A DNA stretch of 59,160 nt, filler included. It is 7 parts of 7 records of this genome, joined end to end, with 100 filler letters (N's around TTAATTAATTAA, not from the genome) between each part and the next. Parts side by side here need not be neighbours in the genome. Positions count along the whole stretch, not along the records: positions 1 to 13,048 come from SRR31147125_41415; 6 more parts are not named here. One strand, given 5' to 3'. Below are positions 1 through 10,502 of the stretch, in pieces. The notes beneath the pieces were generated by a model, which ran no database searches, was not told the origin of the DNA, and was given only the letters and a program-made list of their open reading frames with translations. Within the stretch, counting starts at the first letter, position 1. Every line of letters starts with the position of its first letter. The position numbers and the translations under genes are program-made.

Positions 1-23
1 AAAAAGTTTGCAGCAGAACCTCA

Positions 24-1007
24 TTATGTATATTCTAATCTGACAGCTTTATCGAAAGCTTCGGATAACATATAGTTCATGAACTCATTTTTTCGTATTA
101 TTTGATATGGAATCGATACTCTAGTTAAATTATTGTTAGCAAAAGCAAATATACCCACCTGATTTAGACTACTCGGTATAACAACTTTAGTCAGTTTATT
201 ATTCATAAATGCCCGCGAATTAACAATCTCGACATTATTTGGTATTGTGACATCACTTAATTGATTATCACTAAATGCATTATGTCCTATAAATCTAACT
301 GTGTTTGGAATATCAACGCTTTCTATACCTTTGTCACGGAATGCCTCATTACCTATCGCTTCAATTCTTTTGCCGTCAATTTCAGCTGGAATTACAATGT
401 GCTTTGAATCGCCAAGGTATTCGCTAATTGATATGCATCCCTCGTTACTTGTGTTTTCATATTTATAATCCTTGGCTTCATCGCTGTCTTGAGTTTGAGT
501 ATTTACATTTTTACGTACAGTAATTTGTACGCTATTGTCAAATGATCCGATATCAAGTATTTCTTTTGACAATATAGATGCTTTTTTGATTTGATTCCCA
601 TTGAAAGCATATTCGCCTATATATGTAACACTGTCCGGAATGCTAATCTCTGTGAGTTTATTTTTTTTAAATGCTCCATGTCCGATATTTGTAAGGCTGG
701 CCGGGATTTCAAGTTGACTCAATTGATTACTTGCAAATGCTGCTATTCCTATGGCTTGCAATCCTTTCGGCAGAATCACATTTTTAAGATTATTATCCTC
801 AAAAGCTCTGCCACCGATTTCCTTAACAGTGCTAGGCATAGTTACACTTGCAATGTTCTTATTTGCAAAAGAACGTATTCCAATCTTTGTTACCTTTACT
901 CCATCAATTTCTTCTGGAATTACTACACTAGTCTCTGTTCCCAGATAAGAAATTATTTCTCCATTATTAAACTCGAACATTTTGTCTTCTATTCTTTTAA
1001 ACATCAT
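24..1007 (-). CDS. BspA/TpLRR-type leucine-rich repeat protein
   Basis: Many LxxVxIPxxVxxIGxxAFxxNxL repeats in two blocks, each capped by a 'YLG..xVIPxEIDGxxVxxIG' motif. Confidence 0.9.
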   Translation of the reverse strand: MMFKRIEDKMFEFNNGEIISYLGTETSVVIPEEIDGVKVTKIGIRSFANKNIASVTMPSTVKEIGGRAFEDNNLKNVILPKGLQAIGIAAFASNQLSQLEIPASLTNIGHGAFKKNKLTEISIPDSVTYIGEYAFNGNQIKKASILSKEILDIGSFDNSVQITVRKNVNTQTQDSDEAKDYKYENTSNEGCISISEYLGDSKHIVIPAEIDGKRIEAIGNEAFRDKGIESVDIPNTVRFIGHNAFSDNQLSDVTIPNNVEIVNSRAFMNNKLTKVVIPSSLNQVGIFAFANNNLTRVSIPYQIIRKNEFMNYMLSEAFDKAVRLEYT

Positions 1008-1078
1008 TTTAATCTCCTTTATGTTTTCTAGTTTTCTAAATAAACAGTGAAATTTGTTTTTTATTCTCTATTTCCTTG

Positions 1079-1520
1079 CTAATTTCTGCCTATTACTATT
1101 ACGATTATGCGGAATATAAACATTGCTGCTGCACCAATTCTATCGCCGCCTAGCGTAAGTAATATCCAAAGCACCAGTACTTCCCAAACAATACCTATAA
1201 TAATCATTATTATTCCTATTGCTCTTTTTATCATATTTCTTCTTACTATCTTTTTGAGCAAGCTCAGCGCACTCTTTGTTTAGGTTTTGAATTGCAGTAA
1301 AATCATCTTTTTTAATCTGTCCAAACATTCCTAATGTCATTGTTCCGTTCATCAATAGAGTGCAATACTCCGACAAGCTATTTCTCTTGTTGCTGGCTTT
1401 GTTGATTCGTTCAATCAAATCATCAATAACAAAACCGCTGCTGGAGTTTTGGTTTTTAATGCGTGTCAATTCATTGATAATTTTTTCTTTCATTTCCAAT
1501 GTCTTTTCATTGTTTTTCAT
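1079..1520 (-). CDS. Hypothetical membrane protein (helical N-terminus plus 2 TM), apparently frameshifted
   Basis: ORFs 1140-1520 and 1079-1261 join if one A is removed at AAGAAGAAATATG (~1237), giving ...KDSKKNMIKRAIGIIMII; RBS AGGA upstream of 1520. Confidence 0.55.
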
Positions 1521-1535
1521 TGTTTTATCTCCTAT

Positions 1536-1841
1536 TTAATTTATTGAGTTCTGTCCCAGCATTGCTAATAAATCATTTATTGATGATTTTAGTAAAGTAT
1601 TATTTACTATGCTTTTTTCTGTCCACGTCTCCAGATGCACTTTATCATCAAGTATGTTTATAGTAAGTAGGGTTTTGGTACTACCCTCATCCAATGCGAA
1701 ACAATACACCAAGTCTTCAGAGCCTATTTGCCGTGGAAGTATGCTCTCTATAAAGCCTGAATTTTGTGCCCAGCTTTCAATAATTTTTTCTATTTTGGGA
1801 TTGGCTTCAAAATCCCGTATTGTTTTTATGTCGTGTTGCAT
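1536..1841 (-). CDS. Small hypothetical protein, paralog of the C-terminal domain of the upstream gene
   Basis: Shares IRDF..IE.II..WA..S.F, YC, DDKVH.E.W and DLL..L.Q with 1883-2653. Confidence 0.75.
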   Translation of the reverse strand: MQHDIKTIRDFEANPKIEKIIESWAQNSGFIESILPRQIGSEDLVYCFALDEGSTKTLLTINILDDKVHLETWTEKSIVNNTLLKSSINDLLAMLGQNSIN

Positions 1842-1882
1842 AGTTGTTCCCTTTTATATCAATTATTACTGCAGTGTTTTTC

Positions 1883-2653
1883 TCACAGCTTTTCTTGACT
1901 TAATGCTTCTAGAAGATCAGATACTTTTCCTTTGGATGATAGTCTAGCGCCTAGTCCAATTGGAGATTTTGCATCTAATCTCTGCTGTTTCGGTACAATA
2001 AAAATAGTAAGCAGCCGCAAAATAAAATCATATTCTATCCAAGATTCCATATGTACTTTATCATCTGCGATGTTAACTGTAATATAAGTGCAGGAGTTTA
2101 CATTAAGCGAATGATAACAGTAGGTGATATTTTCTATATCCATTGTTTCTTTCATTAAAGGGTTTCCTTTTGAAAAATCTGATTTTTTTGCCCAATTCTG
2201 AATTATTTCTTCAATATTTTCTACAGTGTCAAAATCTCTGATTATTTTCTTAGAATTTATTTCTTTTTCATCTTTTGAACCCTTTGCAGTTAAGCAAAGT
2301 ATGCCCGCTGCTAAAATAAATACATCTGGTAGGTTTATAATCAAAAGTGTTAGGGAAAAAGTAGTTGACAAAACATAAATATGTCCAATTATATTGTACA
2401 AACCTAAGACAACTAATATTATTCCAGCGGCACCAAGATTTTTCTTTGAAATAAATGCAGCAATTAGAGGTACAATGTTAAAGACCATCGGAAGTATTAC
2501 AACATACATAATAAATTCTTCAGCTAAAGCAGGATTAATAATAAAAACACTTACTACTCCAATAGTCCCCATTACTACAACTATAATGCCTACTACAAAC
2601 GTAAATACAATTGCTGTTTTCTTTCTGTTGCTTCTTTCATTTACCATAATCAT
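1883..2653 (-). CDS. Hypothetical protein, 4 TM helices plus soluble C-terminal domain
   Basis: Four hydrophobic segments; AAGGAGAG RBS upstream. Confidence 0.75.
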   Translation of the reverse strand: MIMVNERSNRKKTAIVFTFVVGIIVVVMGTIGVVSVFIINPALAEEFIMYVVILPMVFNIVPLIAAFISKKNLGAAGIILVVLGLYNIIGHIYVLSTTFSLTLLIINLPDVFILAAGILCLTAKGSKDEKEINSKKIIRDFDTVENIEEIIQNWAKKSDFSKGNPLMKETMDIENITYCYHSLNVNSCTYITVNIADDKVHMESWIEYDFILRLLTIFIVPKQQRLDAKSPIGLGARLSSKGKVSDLLEALSQEKL

Positions 2654-2697
2654 CTCTCCTTACTAACTTAATAAATAAAGAATACCAGCAGTTTTAT

Positions 2698-2728
2698 AAA
2701 AAGAATAGAGAGCGCTCAGCTCCCTATT
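2698..2728 (-). terminator. Intrinsic terminator-like hairpin
   Basis: Minus strand AATAGGGAGC-TGAGC-GCTCTCTATT followed by CTTTTT. Confidence 0.6.
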
Positions 2729-3151
2729 AATTTCTGTGCTGTGCAACCGTATCTCTTTCAAAATAGTTTGCACAGTCATTTAAATGTTTTTAGTATTCTC
2801 AGCCACCTTAATTGTTTTTGTTTTGCTCCTTGTCTAAATAAGAACTTCTTTCTTGCCAGAATCGTGATATCCCGGACTTAAGAATACGGGTTCTGTTGCA
2901 AAAATCCAATTGCCAGTAGCGTCACTTTCTACCAGTTTTGCCACCAGTGTCTCGAGTATCAAGTCAGTTGTTAGATGAATGTTAGATTCCAGTGAATATA
3001 AATGTTAGACGAGTGTATGCCACATCCCTCCACATTAGTAAACACAGTTACTCCTTTACATAAATTTGCTACTAATATTTCCATATCCATTTTTTCAATT
3101 AAGTCTACTTCTTGGAGAAGAACCAGTCTATCTAATATCAATTTAAATTTC

Positions 3152-5635
3152 TCACAACAAGATATTCTTTATGCATCCCCCTGCTAATCCATTTGGTGTA
3201 TACGCATTGATGACAACCCTAACGTTCTTTGATATATTTTCATATGAGTATGCCTCATAGTTATAAATTTCAGGATAATTTTCTGTATTTAATATTAGTA
3301 TATATTCACCACTTTCCTTTCTTTCAAAATTATAATATTTGAATTTATTTGGAATTACTCTCATGTTTATTTTTGCATCATCGATTTTATTCATGTTGCT
3401 ATCGCAAGCTGATACAATAAATTTTGCATGTCCTTTAGCTTTTTCCACTGACAATTTTAAATATATCGAATCCATTAAGCTATTTGCTAAGACAAAGTTT
3501 TTCTCCAATTTCATATTATGAGCTTCTACTTTAATCAAAGCTTCATAAGCATCTTTATATGAATCTACATCATACCTTTCTCTTTCCAAAACTTGATAAG
3601 CATTAATTGCATTTTCTACTTTAGATTCCATATCAAATTCTTCAATATCAGGATAAATCCAAATTGCTTTTGTTTCATTTGCCGGCAAATTAATTTGAAC
3701 TGATTTGTCTTGCCCTATTATAGATTTTCCCATAACATCATAATAACTAAATCTTTTATATTCTGATTCTTCCAGCATTTTTTTGTTTGGACAAAAATCA
3801 AAATTCATCTCCTTACTTGAATTATTAATCAATATATACATTAACGAAGTTCTATCAGTTAACGTATATACATTCATGTCACTCAAATCTAATCTGTTTG
3901 TGGAGCTAAGTTTTGCCGGTCTAATTATGCAGTTTACCTCAGTATCCTTTATTGACTTTTCAACCTTTTCAATTTCTACTGGAAAATATTCATGATGTAC
4001 TTTGAATGATCCTTCAATATGTGATAAAAACTCATTAGTTAACTTTCTCTTTTCGCTTTTATGACAATTATCTAAAATCACAAGGTTGTTATGATTCATT
4101 AATCTATTGTGTATTACTACATCGACATTCTCACAGTTTTCATCAATAATTGCCAATTTTCCTATTACGATTATTCTGCCTCCTGAATTTAAATATGATA
4201 ATAATTTTGGGACTGTTTTTTCTTTTACTCGATTATTATCAATACTAATTATCACAGGAATTCTATCCACTAAATTTGTTGATAATTGTTCATCGACAAC
4301 TGTCGTTAAATTCCAGTGAGCAGACTGTGAGTCCTGAAAAAAACCTGTCAGTTTAGGGTTCCATTTTTCCATCCAGGTAGTATTGCTAATAAACATACCT
4401 ACCTGTGCTTGTAATTTTGTCATGGAGTTTAGTATCGGTGCAGCTTCAATTATTTCATCAAATACTTTTCTACATTCATCTTCTGCTGGCGTACCCTTAA
4501 TAAACCATTCTCCATCGTGTAATATACTTCTCCAATGTATAGGTGCGATGTGGGATATACCCATGCCTAAGCACTCATATACCAATCTTCTCATCATAAC
4601 AGGCGTAAAGGATCTTCCTAAGCCTTGTGCTGTAAAATCAATTGTTCTATTCCCCAACCTCGGTACAATAACCGGTGCACCAAATGATGTAAAATGCATA
4701 ACACTTAAGGTATTTACTCTTTCATCATCATCATCGATAGAAATATGCCCCATTTCCAAACCATCGCATGCACCTGCCATATTACATGGAGGTTGTCCCA
4801 GTCTCCATCTTGTGTTACTACAAAACAAATTACCATGCGTAGGATAAAAAATTGGTTGCTTCACTTCGCATTCTAAGAATTTTTTCGAAAAATAGCTTGC
4901 CCTATCTGCCATAGCTTGTTCTCGGAATCTCATCCATGCAAACCATTCTTTGTTTATTACATCTACTTGAATATCTTCTTTGTTGATGTTACAATCCTTG
5001 CCTTCGCTTTTTAGCCATGCTTTAAAATGCATTATGGAACCTTCTCTAAAGTCTCCAAAAGGTAATGCAAAATATTCAGGATAGCTTTCTTCAGAACCTG
5101 CAATCCATCCTTTTACTTTAGTATTGTCTTTTAAAACCTTAGTTGCATTTTCTATATTATCAGCTGAAAACTTTAAAATATGTAAATCATCCACCGCAGG
5201 CATAGCAACGGCTTCACCATCTCTTATCGTTGAATCATGCAAACAGATTAGCTCTCCGTTTTTATCCTGCATAAAGGAATATGGATACTTTTCCTGCATT
5301 TCCTTGGGGAACGTTGGGAACTACGGATTATTCCTATATCCTGCAAATACATTTGCCAGCATTTTCTTTTCATTTAGCAGCTTTGCCACACGTTGTGCTT
5401 GAGCAGTCCCTTTTTCAACACTACCATTACCATACTCGAAGGAGTCTGTTCCCTCGTTATAGAATATTCTACTATAAGCTCCTGTTAGGATGGAATTGCA
5501 ATGTGTCTTTTCTTTGCAATTTGGAAAGTCAGTTTCATTGTCTAATATACTTAACATTTCTCCAGGATATTTTATCCATTTTAAAAAGGCTACATTCAGC
5601 TCTGATTTAAACATCTTATTCTCCATTTCATCCAC
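3152..5635 (-). CDS. GH42/beta-galactosidase-like glycoside hydrolase, interrupted by one in-frame TAG (5321-5323)
   Basis: ORFs 5321-5635 and 3152-5299 are in the same frame, joined by TAG plus 7 codons (FPTFPKE); WxxFR motif and 'LLSYLNSGGRII' trimerisation-domain-like segment. Confidence 0.55.
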
Positions 5636-5657
5636 GATTCACCCAAAAACAAAATTT

Positions 5658-5691
5658 CCTTTCCTCATAATAGTTATAGTATGAGGAAAGG
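5658..5691 (-). terminator. Hairpin downstream of the GH43-like gene
   Basis: CCTTTCCTCATA...TATGAGGAAAGG inverted repeat. Confidence 0.6.
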
Positions 5692-5718
5692 ATTCGCTAT
5701 AGTTTTATACTTTTGTTT

Positions 5719-7296
5719 TTAAGGTAGTTTTACTAGCTCCCACTGTTGATCCGTACCGCCATCATATGTTGAAGCATATACATTTGATCCATCAGTTGTA
5801 CCAACGCTCTCCAGTGCTAATCCACTTTTTCTGTTAATTACCTTATAATAACCATCTCCGATTCCTATAATTTCCCACTGTTGGTCCACTCCGCTTACAT
5901 AATCCCATGTGTAGACATCCGAGCCGTCAGTCAAATCATAGCAGTCTAGCGCATTGCTTATCCATCTATTTACCAGTTTATAGTATCCGCTCCCGATATC
6001 GGTCACATACCACTGTTGGTTATGCACTCCTGTCCAATCCCAAGTATATGCACTAGAACCATTTGAAGAATCCCAGCAGTCTACCACTTTATCTGTCTGT
6101 CTGTTGATTAGTTTATACAAGGAACCTGAATCAATAGGTGCTGATGTAGCTGTTGGTGTTGGTGTCGGTGTCGGTGTACTTGTAGGTGCTGGTGTATCTG
6201 TAGGTACAGGGTCATCTACCAAATCAGACTTATGTGCACCGTATATTCTGTATGTCCATAACCCATTGCTAGCGCCAGTCATTGAGCCTGTAAACGCCAT
6301 TTCATATCCGGTCGCTCCGCCTGTAAGCCCGCCATACTGGTTTGTCAATAATGTTGCGTTATGGTTTCTATCTTTTCCTGAGACAGTTGGTGTAATATGC
6401 CCTTCGACTGTCCATGTGCCGCTATTGCTCCACAACTCTGTGCCTGATGTATATGCAACCTGAAGCTGTGCATCAATAAACGTAGGTGCTGTTGATGGTG
6501 CTGGTCCTCTGTCACGTATTATGTAAAATCTATCCGTTACATTATCATATGCCACACCTGCATTATGGACGTGAAGTGTGCTGCCATCAGCAGAAGATAA
6601 TCCATTTTCAAATACCCTGTATTCTGTTCCAATATCCAGAGATGACATATCTGATATATCAATTTGCCTTCTGTAAATACCTGACATGCTTGCATCTGTC
6701 CAGCTTTCGCCTTTTGTATAAAACAGCAGCATCTCACCTTCTCCATCGATTGATGTTGCACTGGGCTGTCCTACTCCCCATTGGGTTGTATCGGAATAAG
6801 ATATTAATGGATTCCCGCTATACTTTACCCAAGGTCCTTCCGGACTGTCAGAAAATGCTACTCCTATTTGGTTGTGACTATTATCTAATTGATCACACCC
6901 TAGATAGAACATTGCATATGAGTACGTATGATTATTGTACGTAAAAGAACCTGCTTTTACATCTGGATCACAAACATGTTCATCGTCCCATCCTGAGCTG
7001 GATACTTCAAGTGCTATATTTTGGCTTCCCCATGTCCACGTTGACCCATTTAAAGTAGCCTTTCTCCAGTATATTGTGTCGACAATAGTACCGCTATTTT
7101 GATTTTTGCAATAATAAATATATCGCTCGGTTGATGACATTTGAATGTATGAAGGGCAATAATTATAAAAATTCCCGCTGCTATCATCAAACAATTGCTG
7201 GGTTGCCGCTAGTGCTTCGTTTGAGTAATTTGCAATAGTAAACACTATTACACTTAGTATTAGAATCGTAACTAAAACCATTGATAACTTTTTCAC
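5719..7296 (-). CDS. Secreted five-bladed beta-propeller glycoside hydrolase (GH43-like) with Pro/Thr linker and C-terminal ricin-B/CBM13 module
   Basis: Signal peptide; 'HVCDPDV', 'IGVAFSDSPEGPW..Y..NPLI', 'WGVGQPS'; PTPTPT linker; three QQW ricin repeats; GTG start after AAGGAG. Confidence 0.85.
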   Translation of the reverse strand: MKKLSMVLVTILILSVIVFTIANYSNEALAATQQLFDDSSGNFYNYCPSYIQMSSTERYIYYCKNQNSGTIVDTIYWRKATLNGSTWTWGSQNIALEVSSSGWDDEHVCDPDVKAGSFTYNNHTYSYAMFYLGCDQLDNSHNQIGVAFSDSPEGPWVKYSGNPLISYSDTTQWGVGQPSATSIDGEGEMLLFYTKGESWTDASMSGIYRRQIDISDMSSLDIGTEYRVFENGLSSADGSTLHVHNAGVAYDNVTDRFYIIRDRGPAPSTAPTFIDAQLQVAYTSGTELWSNSGTWTVEGHITPTVSGKDRNHNATLLTNQYGGLTGGATGYEMAFTGSMTGASNGLWTYRIYGAHKSDLVDDPVPTDTPAPTSTPTPTPTPTATSAPIDSGSLYKLINRQTDKVVDCWDSSNGSSAYTWDWTGVHNQQWYVTDIGSGYYKLVNRWISNALDCYDLTDGSDVYTWDYVSGVDQQWEIIGIGDGYYKVINRKSGLALESVGTTDGSNVYASTYDGGTDQQWELVKLP

Positions 7297-7325
7297 TTAT
7301 AATCTCCTTTTCTATCCGTAGTCTA

Positions 7326-7369
7326 TTAACGTTAAGTTGACTTGGTAAGGATTTGCTATGAAATTATAC
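7326..7369 (-). promoter_or_regulatory. Possible -10 box (TATAAT) and CG-centred palindrome TTAACGTTAA upstream of the GH43-like gene
   Basis: TATAAT on the minus strand near 7364-7369; perfect 10-bp palindrome at 7326-7335 resembling a LacI-family operator core. Confidence 0.3.
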
Positions 7370-7386
7370 TTAAATAATTGTGTTTT

Positions 7387-8286
7387 TTAGTTAGCTAATT
7401 TATCAAACAAATCCTGCATTAATTTGTCTCTATTTATGTGATAAACATATTTAATAAAATGTCGTGTATCATTAAAAGAATAAGTATTATTATATTCAGG
7501 AATAGGACATCTTACTATCTTATCTAAAGTAAAATCATTTCCTAATAACCATGCAATAGCAGTGACATCCCATATTGCTCTGCTCCATGTTTTTTCTTTA
7601 TGATGAGTCTCTCCTTCATTACATGTTCTTTTCACAAGATAATCACACAATTTATTTTTGCCTTTTAACCAGTGAATAATTTCTGGTTTAGTAGTTGTGA
7701 ATGCAGATACAACACCCATGCAAGGTAATTGTATAAAAGGCACCTTGCTATTAAACACTACTCGTGCCGCTGCCACATCCTGTTTAATATTAAATTCATA
7801 ATTATCAGGCCAATGATGCGAATTGCCGCCTAGCCAAACTACAACAATTCGCTCTACTATTTTAGAATCAAGCAAGATTGCTGAAGCTATGTTTGTAATT
7901 GCACCTATCGCTACTACATAAAGCGGATTCTCATTACCATATTCCTTTGATCTTTCTACTAAATCTTTAGCAGCAGATGAAATAACTGGAGTTTTTTCAT
8001 CTTCTAGAAAACTTTCTGATCCTTTATAAACAATCTCCGTTAATGCATCTTCATCCATTAGCTTCAAAATACTAATAATCTCATCATAGCTTTTTTCCAT
8101 TCCATCTCCTGGAGACGAAGATTTCTCGTTGTCAAATGGAGCTGAATAAATCGCTTTAGTTTTAAGCTTTTGACTTGATTTTAACAAATAGGCTATGGCA
8201 TATTGGTCGTCAATTTCATTAAATGCATCGGTATCAAGTACAACATCGATTATTCCACTAGGTCTTTCTAGACGGCTTATATCCAT
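7387..8286 (-). CDS. Nucleoside hydrolase (IU-NH family)
   Basis: DTDAFNEIDD Asp motif, GAITNIA, EFN..QD..AA, WDVTA. Confidence 0.9.
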   Translation of the reverse strand: MDISRLERPSGIIDVVLDTDAFNEIDDQYAIAYLLKSSQKLKTKAIYSAPFDNEKSSSPGDGMEKSYDEIISILKLMDEDALTEIVYKGSESFLEDEKTPVISSAAKDLVERSKEYGNENPLYVVAIGAITNIASAILLDSKIVERIVVVWLGGNSHHWPDNYEFNIKQDVAAARVVFNSKVPFIQLPCMGVVSAFTTTKPEIIHWLKGKNKLCDYLVKRTCNEGETHHKEKTWSRAIWDVTAIAWLLGNDFTLDKIVRCPIPEYNNTYSFNDTRHFIKYVYHINRDKLMQDLFDKLAN

Positions 8287-8305
8287 TTGTTTTCTCCTTT
8301 GTTTT

Positions 8306-8707
8306 TCAAAATGCTACACCAACTTTGAATATACAGTTCGCAAACGGTGTAAACTCACCACTTCTAATTACACCTTTACAATCCGAAATATTCATCTTAA
8401 ATTCATCATGATTTATGTATACTATCTCAATATTACTTGCATTAAATAAACTAATAAATTCATCATGTATCTGTTTGCTCTTTGTTTTCATATCTTCAGA
8501 CAAAATTACTTTTTCTATATATATATTATCTTTTATCAACTCACAAACTTCAAGCCATTTTGGATTACCTTTTATCCATGCCAAGTCTATTCTCTCAACA
8601 TTCCTTGGAATAGGAAAACCAGCATCACAAATACAAAGTGTATCTGTGTGTCCAAGCTCACTTATCAACTTATTAATTTGTGGGTTTAAACATTTGCCCT
8701 TATACAT
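8306..8707 (-). CDS. rbsD: D-ribose pyranase
   Basis: LGHTD..ICDAGFPIP, RIDLA, RSGEFTPFANCI..GVAF; start reassigned to MYKG after the GGAAGGGA RBS. Confidence 0.92.
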   Translation of the reverse strand: MYKGKCLNPQINKLISELGHTDTLCICDAGFPIPRNVERIDLAWIKGNPKWLEVCELIKDNIYIEKVILSEDMKTKSKQIHDEFISLFNASNIEIVYINHDEFKMNISDCKGVIRSGEFTPFANCIFKVGVAF

Positions 8708-8734
8708 TGTATTGTCCCTTCCATATATAAAAAC

Positions 8735-8764
8735 ATGCCATGATTCCATCTGAAATCATGGCAT
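8735..8764 (-). terminator. Hairpin after the SBP gene (terminator or mRNA-stabilising stem)
   Basis: ATGCCATGATT...AATCATGGCAT inverted repeat. Confidence 0.6.
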
Positions 8765-8777
8765 ATCATACTACTAA

Positions 8778-10460
8778 TTAATCGTTTCTTGTTGCATAAC
8801 TTCTTTCAATGCCTAAAGCTTCTTTTGCTGCTTGGAAGTATTTGTTGTTGAATTCTTTTAATTCTTCTAAGCCCAAAGCTTCAAGTTCTGCCAATGTTTC
8901 TTGATACAATGTTTCAAATTCTTCAGTTGTTGGCGCTACAATTATTTGTGCAATATATCTTTTGCGCAATTCATCCATTTTAGTAGACATATCATTGATA
9001 TCGTCAAGTTGCGAATCACTTGGATCAATTTTTAGTGAGCTTGCATTAAAATCATAAGTATACTGCTCAAGTCCTGCTTTAAGTGTCGCTTCACTTGTTG
9101 CAACAGAGCGAGCATCGTCTGCAGGAATTTCCCATTTGCGTCTTAATGCCCAGTTATCAAGCATCATCATAGCACCTAATGCATAGTCTTTTGTGTCACC
9201 ACTTGCTGATGCTTCAAGGTACATATCAGTCATCTTTATCTTTGTTCCATCTTCGGTAAATTCGAAAGTTTCTCCTTCAATACCGTATGCTGCATCTCTT
9301 TGACCTTCTTCACTTAATAGATATTCGAATAGTTGTATTATTCTTTCTGGTTGTTCTGCATTCTTTGTTATTGCCGTATTCAACCATCCAAAACCTCTGA
9401 TGTCTTGCAATACAGGTTCATCGTCATTATAGTTTTTAACTGCCATTGGCATATAAACTGCATTATTGTCCGAATCATACAAAGTCTGAATAGGTGTAAT
9501 AAAGTCTTGAGGTGATACTATTGCGGCGAAAACTCGACCACTTGCAATCTTTTCATTAATCAAATCCCTTGTATCAGAGAAGTTTGCATCTATTATTAAG
9601 TCTCTATTATATGCATCGTTCAGGAATTTTAGTGCATCTTTATAATTATCTTGTTCAAAGTCATATACCCAATTTCCGTCTGCATCTTCATAAGGAGTTG
9701 CAAAGAACTGTGATAGCCAAAGCATTGAGTTCCCAACGCCTTCATACAATTGCAATGGAATAATATCTTGTCCTTCATATTGTCCTAATTCACTTTTTAC
9801 TTTTTCACATGCTGCTAAGAATCCTTCAGCGGTAGACATATCAGGGCTGCCAATAGCTTCCCACATATCTTTTCTAACAATAATAGCACCATTTGGCATT
9901 AGTCTCTCGCCTGAATCCAAGTCTTTGACACCATATGAATAATTTTGAAGTAAGTATGTGTTACCGTCACTCTCTGCATGCCAGTTAAACATATCCATTC
10001 TTATTTCATCCCACATTGATGGTGCATATTGCTCAATCAACTCATTATACGACCATAGATAGCCTTCCATTGCTAGTTGATTAGTTAATAATCTTTTTTC
10101 TGAGCTCCACCAGCCCTCAACTGTAATAACATCTGGCAAATCTCCTGATGCTATCATACCTGACAATTGTTCTCCGCCGTCCGTTGCAGGAATAATAAAG
10201 TTAATGGTTACACCAGTTTTCTCTTGAATGATTTTTGATGTCATATCAAGTCCCCAGCCATTACCATTCCAGCTCCACCAAGGCAAATCAACGTACCAGT
10301 CGATTTCGTATGGTGTTGTGTCACGCTCTCCTTCTACTACTGTTTCTTGTGCATCTGATACCTGAGGTTGCTCTGTAGGCTCGTCTGTCTTTTCTGCTGT
10401 ACATGAAATCATTGATAAAATCATTATTAGTACAACTGCTAGTGAAATAGCTTTTTTCAT
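8778..10460 (-). CDS. ABC transporter oligosaccharide-binding lipoprotein (LplA-like)
   Basis: Lipobox MISC; 'IQEKTGV', 'MIASGDLPD', 'YGIEGETF'. Confidence 0.9.
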   Translation of the reverse strand: MKKAISLAVVLIMILSMISCTAEKTDEPTEQPQVSDAQETVVEGERDTTPYEIDWYVDLPWWSWNGNGWGLDMTSKIIQEKTGVTINFIIPATDGGEQLSGMIASGDLPDVITVEGWWSSEKRLLTNQLAMEGYLWSYNELIEQYAPSMWDEIRMDMFNWHAESDGNTYLLQNYSYGVKDLDSGERLMPNGAIIVRKDMWEAIGSPDMSTAEGFLAACEKVKSELGQYEGQDIIPLQLYEGVGNSMLWLSQFFATPYEDADGNWVYDFEQDNYKDALKFLNDAYNRDLIIDANFSDTRDLINEKIASGRVFAAIVSPQDFITPIQTLYDSDNNAVYMPMAVKNYNDDEPVLQDIRGFGWLNTAITKNAEQPERIIQLFEYLLSEEGQRDAAYGIEGETFEFTEDGTKIKMTDMYLEASASGDTKDYALGAMMMLDNWALRRKWEIPADDARSVATSEATLKAGLEQYTYDFNASSLKIDPSDSQLDDINDMSTKMDELRKRYIAQIIVAPTTEEFETLYQETLAELEALGLEELKEFNNKYFQAAKEALGIERSYATRND

Positions 10461-10502
10461 TAGTATTTTTCCTCCATTCCTTTTGACTTTTTATTATAAA
10501 GG

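Noticed and set aside
2790-2815. T-box or TPP-like fragments (AATTAAGGTGG, GCTGAGAATAC)
   Set aside because: No TGGNACC antiterminator bulge and no remaining TPP core
2905-2946. c-di-GMP-I riboswitch-like string GGCAAAACTGGTAGAAAGTGACGC on the minus strand
   Set aside because: The 3' strand of the GAAA stem is missing and GACGC is not followed by the AAAG/P3 elements
6146-6210. Short tandem repeats as CRISPR or VNTR (also 56926-57032)
   Set aside because: They encode in-frame Pro/Thr and acidic linkers; no repeat-spacer pattern and no cas genes
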